This document shows, piece by piece, positions 19,101 through 26,736 of a stretch of 64,000 nt of DNA. Below the pieces are notes generated by a model that saw only the letters and a list, made by a program, of their open reading frames with translations, was not told the DNA's origin and searched no databases. A program made the position numbers and the translations under genes. How positions within the stretch are numbered: position 1 is the stretch's first letter; each line of letters opens with the position of its first letter. The stretch is taken from NCBI GenBank assembly GCA_036337435.1, contig JAYZEG010000095.1:7393-71392 (forward strand). Reading direction: 5' to 3'. Origin of the DNA: Myxococcota bacterium. GTDB taxonomy: Bacteria > Myxococcota_A > Bradymonadia > UBA7976 > UBA1532.

Positions 19101-19698
19101 TCCACGACATATTGAAGGCACCGATGGATGGCTTGTTGATGGCGTCGAGTTTGACCGGATCGTGGGTATCCTTGACTTCGCGGCCAATTCTTATCGACTG
19201 GTGCCCCGGGCCGCCGATGATATGCCGCGACCACCCGTTGATCTCGATGGCTGCATCCCCATGGGTGAATTTTATGCCTTTTGCGCTGAGGGATTTGGGT
19301 GGAGACGATGTATCGATGAGTGTCTGCGTCGGGGTGGCCGCTTGGTGGTCCTTGAAACTCCGGAAGAGAACACGCGCGTCGGCGAGTTAGTGAGCCAATG
19401 GCACGGTGGATCCTTTTGGATTGGCTTGGGCGACCAAATGACCGAAGGGGAATTCGTTTGGATCGATGGTCAACCGTTGGACTATTCCGGCTGGGCGGAC
19501 AACGAACCCAATGATTATGGCAACGGTGAAGATTGCGCCGAAAGCAATTGGCGAGGCATCGGCGTATGGAATGATGGCCGTTGCGGTGGTCGCAGGCCGT
19601 TTGTTTGTGAGTTCGTCGATGGCGTTCCGCCTTGTCGGAACAATGAAGATTGCGGCGGCGCGCAATGCGACGATGGTCGATGCATACCCACTCCCTGA
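16180..19698 (+). CDS. Multidomain surface protein: signal peptide, S1 (trypsin-like) serine protease, Cys-rich region, MopE-type Asp/Cys repeats, internal MYXO-CTERM-like signal, lipobox, beta-rich domain, C-type lectin domain
   Basis: The catalytic triad contexts are TAAHC, DIAL and GDSGGP. The repeat motifs are CDNETDDDCDGTVDENC and CGDDIDNDCNGFVDETC. See the sub-features below. Confidence 0.85.
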   Translation: MGMVRVLTTNDLIRLLGLCALLFFCGACSQTSRHQTVTTQDTKTIVEGTKEDNYPTIGALTLLMPEDDYTGSFCTGTLIDPQWVLTAAHCIEGGYGRMGNRPGAPDDTWFHFFVGTRANRRATGRLHRVDEVFIHPAYGQRGGKRFYDIALMRLEEPIDDVPSFPIFRDSLVEHQGAELFYAGFGMTNPEDPGSSEVKYSKTLVLDAVYTRTYVTRQQNGGVCFGDSGGPGLLTIDGVQYVVGVNSAAIGQAVCRGWSSQIRVDAFRSWIDSVMERGESCLDRPGLCECQAACGNDGICDNGVCLDTTCGETFGCLQNCDSPACQFGCFAQLDRLEYFLFEHFYACIDANCPGGNDQCVRSACRRELFACQVGVDNAVGDGACDDVYRCVSGCDRLSCVDGCYRTGTLNAQAAYDPVEDCLQQECGDAEGEDLLSQCISRNCRNELLSCMPNDRCRLVGGDCDSESACVPDVWGATYCRPTEGRAVGAPCEIGSTVCADGTLCLGGPDGSFCHEICVTRGDCTDSPGPCMRSVKPGAPFPLGVCEGSCLDTDGDTACDPDDCDPLDPARHPGHMEVCDNETDDDCDGTVDENCAVCVDGDEDGVCADEDCDDNNAELGQASDEVCGDDIDNDCNGFVDETCPGPIVPDMAAPDMDIRPDSEPDATPVTVDQAETKNSGAGCACNASSDGGHTPATLVGLLVILAGFRRPHRLRSKQLVIGAIVALSFLSGCIREENIDRWFDSGVEADLTVDSAAVDAFISLDGEPTDEDVMQPVPSLDMTVMTDTSLDMELDAVPPAVIDAAGMADMTTAPPTIKRIQQGQVQVLQQISLTDVIVASPIWRGGFFISDQTAEAYSGLWVQNDSRVSTGTLAPGQMITLTGYAEEFAVNNGGEMADPEAQRTIDTRTQFQIESFEVQDPDDLNPLPEPIELTLGEVSIPDIAELYEGVLIALNDVSVTGLSRPIFELNGAIDVDPRHIEGTDGWLVDGVEFDRIVGILDFAANSYRLVPRAADDMPRPPVDLDGCIPMGEFYAFCAEGFGWRRCIDECLRRGGRLVVLETPEENTRVGELVSQWHGGSFWIGLGDQMTEGEFVWIDGQPLDYSGWADNEPNDYGNGEDCAESNWRGIGVWNDGRCGGRRPFVCEFVDGVPPCRNNEDCGGAQCDDGRCIPTP
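18211..18318 (+). other. MYXO-CTERM/PEP-CTERM-class tripartite sorting-signal-like segment located internally
   Basis: The segment is GAGCACNASSDGGHTPATLVGLLVILAGFRRPHRLR: a Cys motif, a spacer, a hydrophobic helix and an Arg-rich tail. Confidence 0.65.
18319..18372 (+). other. Lipoprotein signal-peptide-like segment (h-region plus lipobox LSGC) immediately after the sorting signal
   Basis: The segment is SKQLVIGAIVALSFLSGC, with the Cys codon at 18370-18372. In-frame alternative starts are GTG 18280 and TTG 18328. Confidence 0.6.
19252..19614 (+). other. C-type lectin-like domain with EPN and WND motifs
   Basis: The domain runs C..FYAFC...W..C...C...GG.LVVLETPEEN..V......FWIGL.D...EG.F.W.DG....Y..W...EPND....EDCA.....G.WND..C....PFVCEF. 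EPN is at 19504-19512 and WND at 19567-19575. Confidence 0.8.
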
Positions 19699-20800
19699 CG
19701 CACTCGTTTGAGTCGTGCGCATGAGATGCGGACGTCGTTTGCAGGGCAACGGCTTTGACCGGCTTGATGGGGTCACTGTCCGCAGGCATAGCCAGGATAC
19801 CCATTGCGGTCTGTTACTCGGGTCGATGGATTCTTGACTGCATTCGAACAGCACTGGCTTGAATTCATCTGTTCTTCATTGTCCTCAGTGGGCCCGGCGG
19901 GTGCGTCTCTGCATGAGACGTCGTCCCTTTTTTGTCGACGTGGCTTTTCTGAGATCCGGTCAGTGAGACACCTGTCCATTGGAAAACGACCATTCAGGCG
20001 GCATCGGAAGAGTCTGGACTAGGTGTGGTTTTAGCCCCGTGCTTTCAATGCCCGACTTTAGCTCACCGACCGACAGTGTCTTGTATGGTCTTGCCGCGAC
20101 CAGTGGCTGTGCTGTCGTTGAAAGTGTCATCTTTTTCATCAACGCGTTCCAGAGCGAGGGCAGGCTGATTTGGTGAGAGACAGTCCGTCTGCGTCTGGGG
20201 CCTCCATTGTTATCCATGGCAGATGCACTGCCGGTGTGGGCTTGTACCTGGGTGTCAGTCATTGGGTGTCTGATCGGTGGTTGACCTTGGTTTTTTTCAC
20301 AATCGGCTGGACCGTCGCAAAAGCGGCACAGTCGACTTGGACTGCTATACTGGAGACGAGCAGCATCGCCGTTCAGACAGGCTACACAGACTTGGCTTAT
20401 CTGTTCTTAGTTTGTTTTTTGTCACCGGCATGACCCTGCTGATGCTGGCTGTTCAGTTCGCAGCGTCGTTCTTGAAACGAGAGCGTCTGGTGGACGTTAA
20501 AAGGGGATCACATCGGTACAGTGGAACGTCTTTACAGGTCCCACCTCAAGACGGTCGCACCAATGGCTGCCAAAGAATGGGTCGAGAACCCGGATGGTAA
20601 GGCGTACCCGCCATTTGGCCCAGGCAAGACGACGAACCCGCCGGACAGATGGTGGTGCCGATGAGTCCATTGAGATGCAGAGGGCGCAACTCTGAGCCAC
20701 GAAAGAGCATCAAGGTGCGAACAAACCGGAGTTTGTCTCGAGAACGGAGTCACCGTGCCTGTCGATAGAGTTGTATTGGTTAATGTAGTATAAGCCCCGT

Positions 20801-23257
20801 ATGGCGAACACAAAGCATAAGATTCACGCTGCAAAAAGCGACTTTTACGCCCGTTGGGCTCGGTTGATTCTACGATATCGGTTCGCCGTCTTAGTTGTCC
20901 TGACTTGCTCCACACTGGGGCTCGCCTACTATGCGGCGACGCACTTGCGCGTTGACAACAGCGTCGAGTCTTTTGCGCCGCCCAACTCAATCGAAATTAA
21001 GGCACTTAAAGATTATCGGGCCACATTTGGTCGAGCAGACCCGTTTCTGATTCTGATCGAAGGCGCCGTGTTTGACTTAGATTTTCTCAAGCGACTCGAC
21101 GCCTTACACGGTGAGCTGCGAGCCCTCAAAGTCGATGTGAGACCGCCGACATCAGCACCCAAGATAGAGGAAGCACCGCCAACGGAGAACACCGAGTTTG
21201 GTTTTGAAGATGACGGCGATGACGGCTGGGGCGAAGAAGACGGTGGCGGCATATTTAGCCGGGTCACTTCGCTCATTAACGTCCGGCAAACGAGAGCGGT
21301 TGGCGATGGTATTCAGGTCGATAAGCTGATGACGCCGCTTCCAACCGAGGAACAAATAGCGGACAAAAAAAAGATGATCTTGGCCGATTCGTTTCTCGTT
21401 GGCCAAGTCGTCGATGAAGCCGGTCGTTTCGCCTTAGTCACCGCCTATCCCATCAATATGTATGACGGCGACCTCGAAAAAGTCACAACGGAGGTTTTAA
21501 AAATTGTCGAGTCTTATTCGCGCGATGGATTTCGAATTTACGTGACGGGGCCTCCAGCAATTGCATCTCTCATCAATCAAATGGTTATCTCCGACCTAAC
21601 GCGTCTCGGCGGGTACTCATTGATCCTTGTCGTTTTGGTGCTTGCGGCTTTGTTTCGACATTGGATCGGGATTTTGGGTCCAGTTTTGGTGATCCTGGTG
21701 TCGGTCTTTTGGACCCTGGGCGCGATGGCACTCTTCGACTTGCCCGTCACAATTCTATCGGGGATTTTGCCGGCATTTTTGTTTTGTGTGGGTGTTTGTG
21801 ATTCCATCCACATGCTGTCGATATACCGGTCGCTCAGGGTCGAAGGTGTCGAAAATAAACAGGCGATTATCGATGCGGTCGCGATTACCGGTCCACCTGT
21901 TTTCTTCACGTCTTTGACGACAATATGCGGGCTTTTTAGTCTCAATTTTGCCTCCGTCACGGTCATTGCTGAAATGGGGATTGCTGGTGGTGTCGGCGTT
22001 GCGTTTGCCTGGTTTTTCTCACTGACTTTGCTGCCGATCATTCTCACGTTTAATGAAGCCTCAGTCCTGGGCGCGAGGGAGGAGAGCAAAGGCCTGACCA
22101 TACGCTTTTTAGAATGGGCTGTCGGCTATCGCGACACTCAGCCACGACGGAGAGATGTGCGTGTGCTCATTTTGACAGCAGTCGTGGCCCTACTCTGTAC
22201 CTGGGGGGTATCGCAGATTCGAGTCTATCATGATGACTTGGAAATTTTACCAGATGGCTCGATGGTCAAGGTTGCTGTTCGCGTGCTCGATGAAAATGTT
22301 GGTGGCGCGGCTCTAGCTGAACTGGTTTTGACACCGCAACAGGGCAGCTTGAAGGATATCGAGGTGCTTCGGGGCTTGTCCAAGGTCATTGATGACGTCC
22401 TCGCTTATCGAGACCCAGTGACCAATGAACCCGTCGTGACGCATGCGCTTAGTTTGGTCGACGTGTTTAAGGAAACGAGGCGCGCCTTTAATGGCGGAGG
22501 CCAAGATGAATACCGGCTTCCGACCAGCCAGAATGAGGTTAACGATTATGCATTCGTTTTCGAAAATCAAAGTCCAGGAGAGTTGGGTAAATTGACCACT
22601 GTAGATTGGTCTAAGACCCATGTCTCCATGCGCGTTAAATGGCGGGAAGCGACCGATTACGGACCCCTACTGAGGTACATCGAAACGAGCCTGACCACGC
22701 ATCTGGGTGACAAAGCCAAATGGGTTGGCACAGGACCGGTATATGTCGTGAATCGCCTTGTCAAAGTCATGCTGATGGATTTAGCCGTCAGTTTCGGGAC
22801 CGCGTTTGCCTTCGTCACCTGCTTCATGCTCGTCATGCTCGGCAATGTGCGCATGGGCTTAATCGCGATTCTTCCGAACTTGTTTCCCATCATGTTGGTG
22901 CTTGGAATGATGGGTCTCTTGGGCTTACCGTTGGATTTGAACTCCCTTCTCATCGCGTCTATCGCCCTTGGCATTGCCGTTGATGATACGGTGCATTTTC
23001 TCCATCATTTCAAGACGGCCTATCGGGATTCTGACGATTGTCAATCGGCCCTGGAATCGGCCAGTTATCATGCAGGCCAGGCGATGATCACCACGTCCAT
23101 CGTTTTGGTCGCGGGCTTCAGTGTCTTGTGTCTGGCGACCAATGCAGCTGTCTTTCGATTTGGGTTTCTTACGGCGTTGACTGTCTTGGCAGCCCTACTC
23201 ACCGATTTGATCGCCTTGCCCTCAATTTTGCGAGTGATTTATAAGAAGCGAGCCTAG
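20801..23257 (+). CDS. RND-superfamily exporter (MMPL/HpnN-like, two sterol-sensing-like 6-TM halves)
   Basis: It is 818 aa with two hydrophobic blocks, each preceded by a large loop. Typical segments are SDLTRLGGYSLILVVLVLAALFRHW and IALGIAVDDTVHFLHHF. Confidence 0.85.
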   Translation: MANTKHKIHAAKSDFYARWARLILRYRFAVLVVLTCSTLGLAYYAATHLRVDNSVESFAPPNSIEIKALKDYRATFGRADPFLILIEGAVFDLDFLKRLDALHGELRALKVDVRPPTSAPKIEEAPPTENTEFGFEDDGDDGWGEEDGGGIFSRVTSLINVRQTRAVGDGIQVDKLMTPLPTEEQIADKKKMILADSFLVGQVVDEAGRFALVTAYPINMYDGDLEKVTTEVLKIVESYSRDGFRIYVTGPPAIASLINQMVISDLTRLGGYSLILVVLVLAALFRHWIGILGPVLVILVSVFWTLGAMALFDLPVTILSGILPAFLFCVGVCDSIHMLSIYRSLRVEGVENKQAIIDAVAITGPPVFFTSLTTICGLFSLNFASVTVIAEMGIAGGVGVAFAWFFSLTLLPIILTFNEASVLGAREESKGLTIRFLEWAVGYRDTQPRRRDVRVLILTAVVALLCTWGVSQIRVYHDDLEILPDGSMVKVAVRVLDENVGGAALAELVLTPQQGSLKDIEVLRGLSKVIDDVLAYRDPVTNEPVVTHALSLVDVFKETRRAFNGGGQDEYRLPTSQNEVNDYAFVFENQSPGELGKLTTVDWSKTHVSMRVKWREATDYGPLLRYIETSLTTHLGDKAKWVGTGPVYVVNRLVKVMLMDLAVSFGTAFAFVTCFMLVMLGNVRMGLIAILPNLFPIMLVLGMMGLLGLPLDLNSLLIASIALGIAVDDTVHFLHHFKTAYRDSDDCQSALESASYHAGQAMITTSIVLVAGFSVLCLATNAAVFRFGFLTALTVLAALLTDLIALPSILRVIYKKRA

Positions 23258-23351
23258 TGATTCGATAACATGTCGTACACGTTTGAGCGGCTTTGTGGTA
23301 CAACACGCTGTCTTTAGCGGGGTGTATAGTGCCCGACAACGGGAGACTTAA

Positions 23352-24104
23352 ATGAGAAATGCGATTCTTTTAATGGCTTTTTTGCTCTGTATGGGCTGTT
23401 CATCTGATGAGATCAGAGCACCAAGCAATACGACCGGATCAAATCAGTCGAGTGGCAAAACCGACAATGCTGTCGAAGGAGACGCCGGGCTTTACGATGA
23501 TGCATATGTTTTCGATACAGCAGGCGATGGGGGTACATTTGAATCGGATGGTGACCTGATACCGACACCGGACGCGGAACCAGAGCCTGTCGTAGACCCC
23601 TTTGAGCAGGCATGGGATGTAACCATCCACCGCGTGGAATTTCCCGAAGGCACAGGGGCACCGGATTACAGACGCGCTGCGGGTGTATCAAGGTTTAGTC
23701 TAGGCGGCACCGAGTTTTGGCAGAAGTGGCCTACCGGTCACAACCCAACCTACAGTTATTCGGAAGGGACTGAATTAGGACGCCGGTGCATGTTTGCCAG
23801 TGCACGTCGTTTCGAAGCGATTATGACAGACCCGCCCCAGGCCATCATTGATCTCGTTGAAAACAGTGACTGGAGAGGCAGTTTCTTTAACTGGAACGAT
23901 GATTTCTCGGAATCTGAATGGGGTGATGGACGATCCGCGCGCCTTTGGGCCTGGCGGACGACTCTGGTCAAATGGATCAGTCAAACAAACGTCGATGGCA
24001 GTTGCTATTTGCCGACCTACGAAATGGTTGAAGAACTCGCCGAGAGTTGTGCGATTCAAGCGGCGCGGCGGGAGGGTGAAATTCAGGGCTGCCGCGCTCC
24101 TTAG
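23352..24104 (+). CDS. Hypothetical lipoprotein
   Basis: The signal peptide plus lipobox is FLLCMGCSS. I recognised no family. Confidence 0.65.
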   Translation: MRNAILLMAFLLCMGCSSDEIRAPSNTTGSNQSSGKTDNAVEGDAGLYDDAYVFDTAGDGGTFESDGDLIPTPDAEPEPVVDPFEQAWDVTIHRVEFPEGTGAPDYRRAAGVSRFSLGGTEFWQKWPTGHNPTYSYSEGTELGRRCMFASARRFEAIMTDPPQAIIDLVENSDWRGSFFNWNDDFSESEWGDGRSARLWAWRTTLVKWISQTNVDGSCYLPTYEMVEELAESCAIQAARREGEIQGCRAP

Positions 24105-24901
24105 TCGAGAATTTTAACCGGGTCGCCCACGCGAATCGTTCCACGATTGACTGGAATTAAGTTCACTCCGAAAACAACACCACTCGAGGTGCGTTGATAA
24201 TCTGAAAGGGTCTTGAGCGGCTCGCCATCAGTGCGCCTCTGGCCCGTCTGCGGATCCAGTACCGTCATCGCGCATCGGACGCACGCCCCACCTGACTTAA
24301 ATTCGACTGCACCGATCCTCAAGGTATTCCATCCTAGTTCAGCAAAGGCCTTAGCGTCCTCAATGACGACATTTGGACGAAATGCACCCATTGAAACGGG
24401 GGTACTCAGTTTTTCATTCAGATGAGCGAGGCTCTCCCCATTGGTCAAAAGCAGGGGATAGCCATCCGCGTAGCTCACCTCATCACCCGGACTAGACTTT
24501 ATTGGGCGCACGACATCCGTCGACATATACACAAGACGGCAGCCGATCCCGGTGAGATTTGACAGCCACTCATCGATTGAACTATCGAATGTCAGCCCGC
24601 TTGTCTGACAACCCCAGATCTCGACATTCATGGTTTCTGTGCGTCCGGTGAGCTCGGCCTTAATTCGCCGGCCACTGTCGTCGCTGAGCTCCAATGTGCC
24701 ATTGTCCCCAGGGGTCGCTCTGATGCGAAGTAACTGAGGGTGAGTTCGTGCTGTTAAAAAAACGCCATGGGTGTCAACCAGCATCCAGCGGCGGTCATTT
24801 TGTAGACCGCGGCGGACAACACGTGCGCTCTGTGCATTTATCCCACGGCCCGACTTAAGTGGGTAATAGACAAGCTCTGTGACAGAAATCTCCGTCCTCA
24901 T
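24101..24901 (-). CDS. MOSC-domain protein (MOSC_N beta-barrel plus MOSC; YcbX/mARC-like, no ferredoxin domain)
   Basis: Motifs are YYPLKSGRG and the conserved Cys context GGACVRCAMTVLDPQTGQR. It has a 4-bp overlap with the upstream gene. Confidence 0.85.
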   Translation of the reverse strand: MRTEISVTELVYYPLKSGRGINAQSARVVRRGLQNDRRWMLVDTHGVFLTARTHPQLLRIRATPGDNGTLELSDDSGRRIKAELTGRTETMNVEIWGCQTSGLTFDSSIDEWLSNLTGIGCRLVYMSTDVVRPIKSSPGDEVSYADGYPLLLTNGESLAHLNEKLSTPVSMGAFRPNVVIEDAKAFAELGWNTLRIGAVEFKSGGACVRCAMTVLDPQTGQRRTDGEPLKTLSDYQRTSSGVVFGVNLIPVNRGTIRVGDPVKILD

Positions 24902-26736
24902 TGGCCTGAGTTTACAACGAAACTGGCTTGAAGATAGGCGACTAAATCAGCCAATTCCTGATCTGTGAGTCCATCCCAAGCCGGCATGTTACCAACCCCG
25001 GTCAAAAGCAACCTAATCAAGTCTTGCTTAGTCCGGATTACGTTTCGTGTCGCCAGGTCGGGCCCATCGGTGGTGCCACTGCCATCTGAGCCGTGGCATG
25101 CGGTGCAGTAGGTCTCAAAAACCGTTGTTCCGGATTCGACCTCGTTCGACAGGTCATTGATGTCGAGAATCCGTTGGTTATATTTTTGCCGCTCCAGGTC
25201 ATCGAAGTGACGAACCTCCGTAAGCATCAGTTGGCGTAAATTATCGACCCGCTGGGTTGTCCATAGGTAATCGGTCGGAAAGATTGTGCGCTGTTTCGTG
25301 CGCCCGTTGAGTGGATAGAGGGTCTCGTCTGAAATGATTCGATCGAGGTCGAGGGCATCGAGGCGCCCATCATTGTTCAAATCGAATGCAACCGTCGACC
25401 CTCCATGCTGATGACACCCAATACAATTGGTTCGTGCGTTACCTCGCCCATGTTCGATGTATGGGTTGCTTGCCCACGTCAGAGCACTCGATTGAACAGC
25501 CAATGCATCTTGCAAGCTCGGAAACGCCTCCAAACCGCTCGTAACATCCGGATCCCGTTCCTCGTAGTCCACGACGACGGTCATTTTGTAGTTGTTCCAC
25601 ACGGAGTCGGCATTGCGAGTCAAGGACGCCGGTCGATCAGCGCCGAAATCTGACTCCGGCGTGTCGCTCCACCAGAGAGTGACCCAAACCCAATGCCTCA
25701 ATTCTTTCGTCATGATGTGGAGACCGACGAGTCGGTATAGGTCTCCTGTACGGGTTCGGATCGTGTAAATCTCGTCAGCAGATGGTGTAGCACGCCGTGA
25801 CGGTGTTGCCCAATGCGCACTTTTGTCGGGCCCAATGACACCTTGTAAACTCTCCGCATCTGTATCGAAGACATCGACAGCTCGACCGAAGTTCGCACGG
25901 GCCCACTGTGCTTTGATCAGAACTGACGAGATGGGGAATTCATCGCCCAGGCATGCTGTAAAGTTTAAGTCACTTGTCATCGATTGAGCATCGAGCGTCA
26001 ACTCAGCCAACTCGGGCAAGCAATCCAGATTATTTTGGTAATTTTTGATCAAGTGTTTCAGTGTTGCGGGACTGTATGTGATGCGGGCGTTGCCGGTGGC
26101 AGCACCGCTGAAGTTGGATTGCAGGCTGCGCGCACAATCTGCGTCGCTCAAATCGGACTCACATTGAGCCAATTCAGAGACGTGTTTGAAGAAACGCTCC
26201 AATGGCCAGCGCGCGGAACGCTCCCGTGCCTTAACGTTCCAGTCTAATGCATCTTCGATGCTCGACTCGCTAAACGGGGCTCGACGTCTGCGTTCAGCAT
26301 CGGTCAACCCGTTGAAGAGCCGTCTAAATATCCGTCTGAAATCATCGACGCCATACCAGGTCTGCCATCGAGGGACTTCTGGTATACCGCCCTCAATTTC
26401 TAATGGTCGGCCCGGTTCGACCATTTCCAGTCCGAAGAGCGGAACATTTTCAAGAACACGCTCTGCAACGGCCCAGCCCAATTCCCGTCTCAGCTTCATG
26501 TCTCTCTGGAGTTCCGATTCGAACGAACTGACGTTTGGGTCAGCGGGGTAGGGGTCTGCGAGGCCGACTAGAGCTCGACCAAAGACATCAACTTTGCCAT
26601 TTTCAGGGCCGGGGAAGGCGAGTTCATCAAGCGTCCGGCCATCGTCCGCCACAATTGGCGCATCACTGCATGCGATGGCCATCAGCATCAGAAGCCAAAG
26701 AACACGTCGTCGGTATGGGTGAGGCACCCGCTTCAT
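24898..26736 (-). CDS. Lipoprotein with two CXXCH motifs, the C-terminal one in a class-I cytochrome c-like domain
   Basis: The lipobox is MAIACSD. The heme motifs are NCIGCHQHGG and, at the C-terminus, YCTACHGSDGSG...GVGNMPAW. It overlaps the upstream gene by ATGA. Confidence 0.8.
   Translation of the reverse strand: MKRVPHPYRRRVLWLLMLMAIACSDAPIVADDGRTLDELAFPGPENGKVDVFGRALVGLADPYPADPNVSSFESELQRDMKLRRELGWAVAERVLENVPLFGLEMVEPGRPLEIEGGIPEVPRWQTWYGVDDFRRIFRRLFNGLTDAERRRRAPFSESSIEDALDWNVKARERSARWPLERFFKHVSELAQCESDLSDADCARSLQSNFSGAATGNARITYSPATLKHLIKNYQNNLDCLPELAELTLDAQSMTSDLNFTACLGDEFPISSVLIKAQWARANFGRAVDVFDTDAESLQGVIGPDKSAHWATPSRRATPSADEIYTIRTRTGDLYRLVGLHIMTKELRHWVWVTLWWSDTPESDFGADRPASLTRNADSVWNNYKMTVVVDYEERDPDVTSGLEAFPSLQDALAVQSSALTWASNPYIEHGRGNARTNCIGCHQHGGSTVAFDLNNDGRLDALDLDRIISDETLYPLNGRTKQRTIFPTDYLWTTQRVDNLRQLMLTEVRHFDDLERQKYNQRILDINDLSNEVESGTTVFETYCTACHGSDGSGTTDGPDLATRNVIRTKQDLIRLLLTGVGNMPAWDGLTDQELADLVAYLQASFVVNSGQ

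Noticed and set aside
19699-19760. Short hairpins after the 1172-aa gene (CGCAC-N11-GTGCG and CGCAT-GAG-ATGCG) as an intrinsic terminator.
   Set aside because: The stems are only 5 bp and there is no following T-tract, which is too weak to call.
19079-19854. The 241-aa and 155-aa minus-strand ORFs opposite the 3' end of the 1172-aa gene.
   Set aside because: They have His/Arg/Pro-rich low-complexity translations, typical of the antisense of a GC-rich coding region. The plus-strand frame encodes a clear C-type lectin domain.
20532-20990. The 152-aa minus-strand ORF spanning the RND gene start.
   Set aside because: It overlaps the well-supported RND start region, its translation is Arg/Ser/Thr-rich, and it has no motif.
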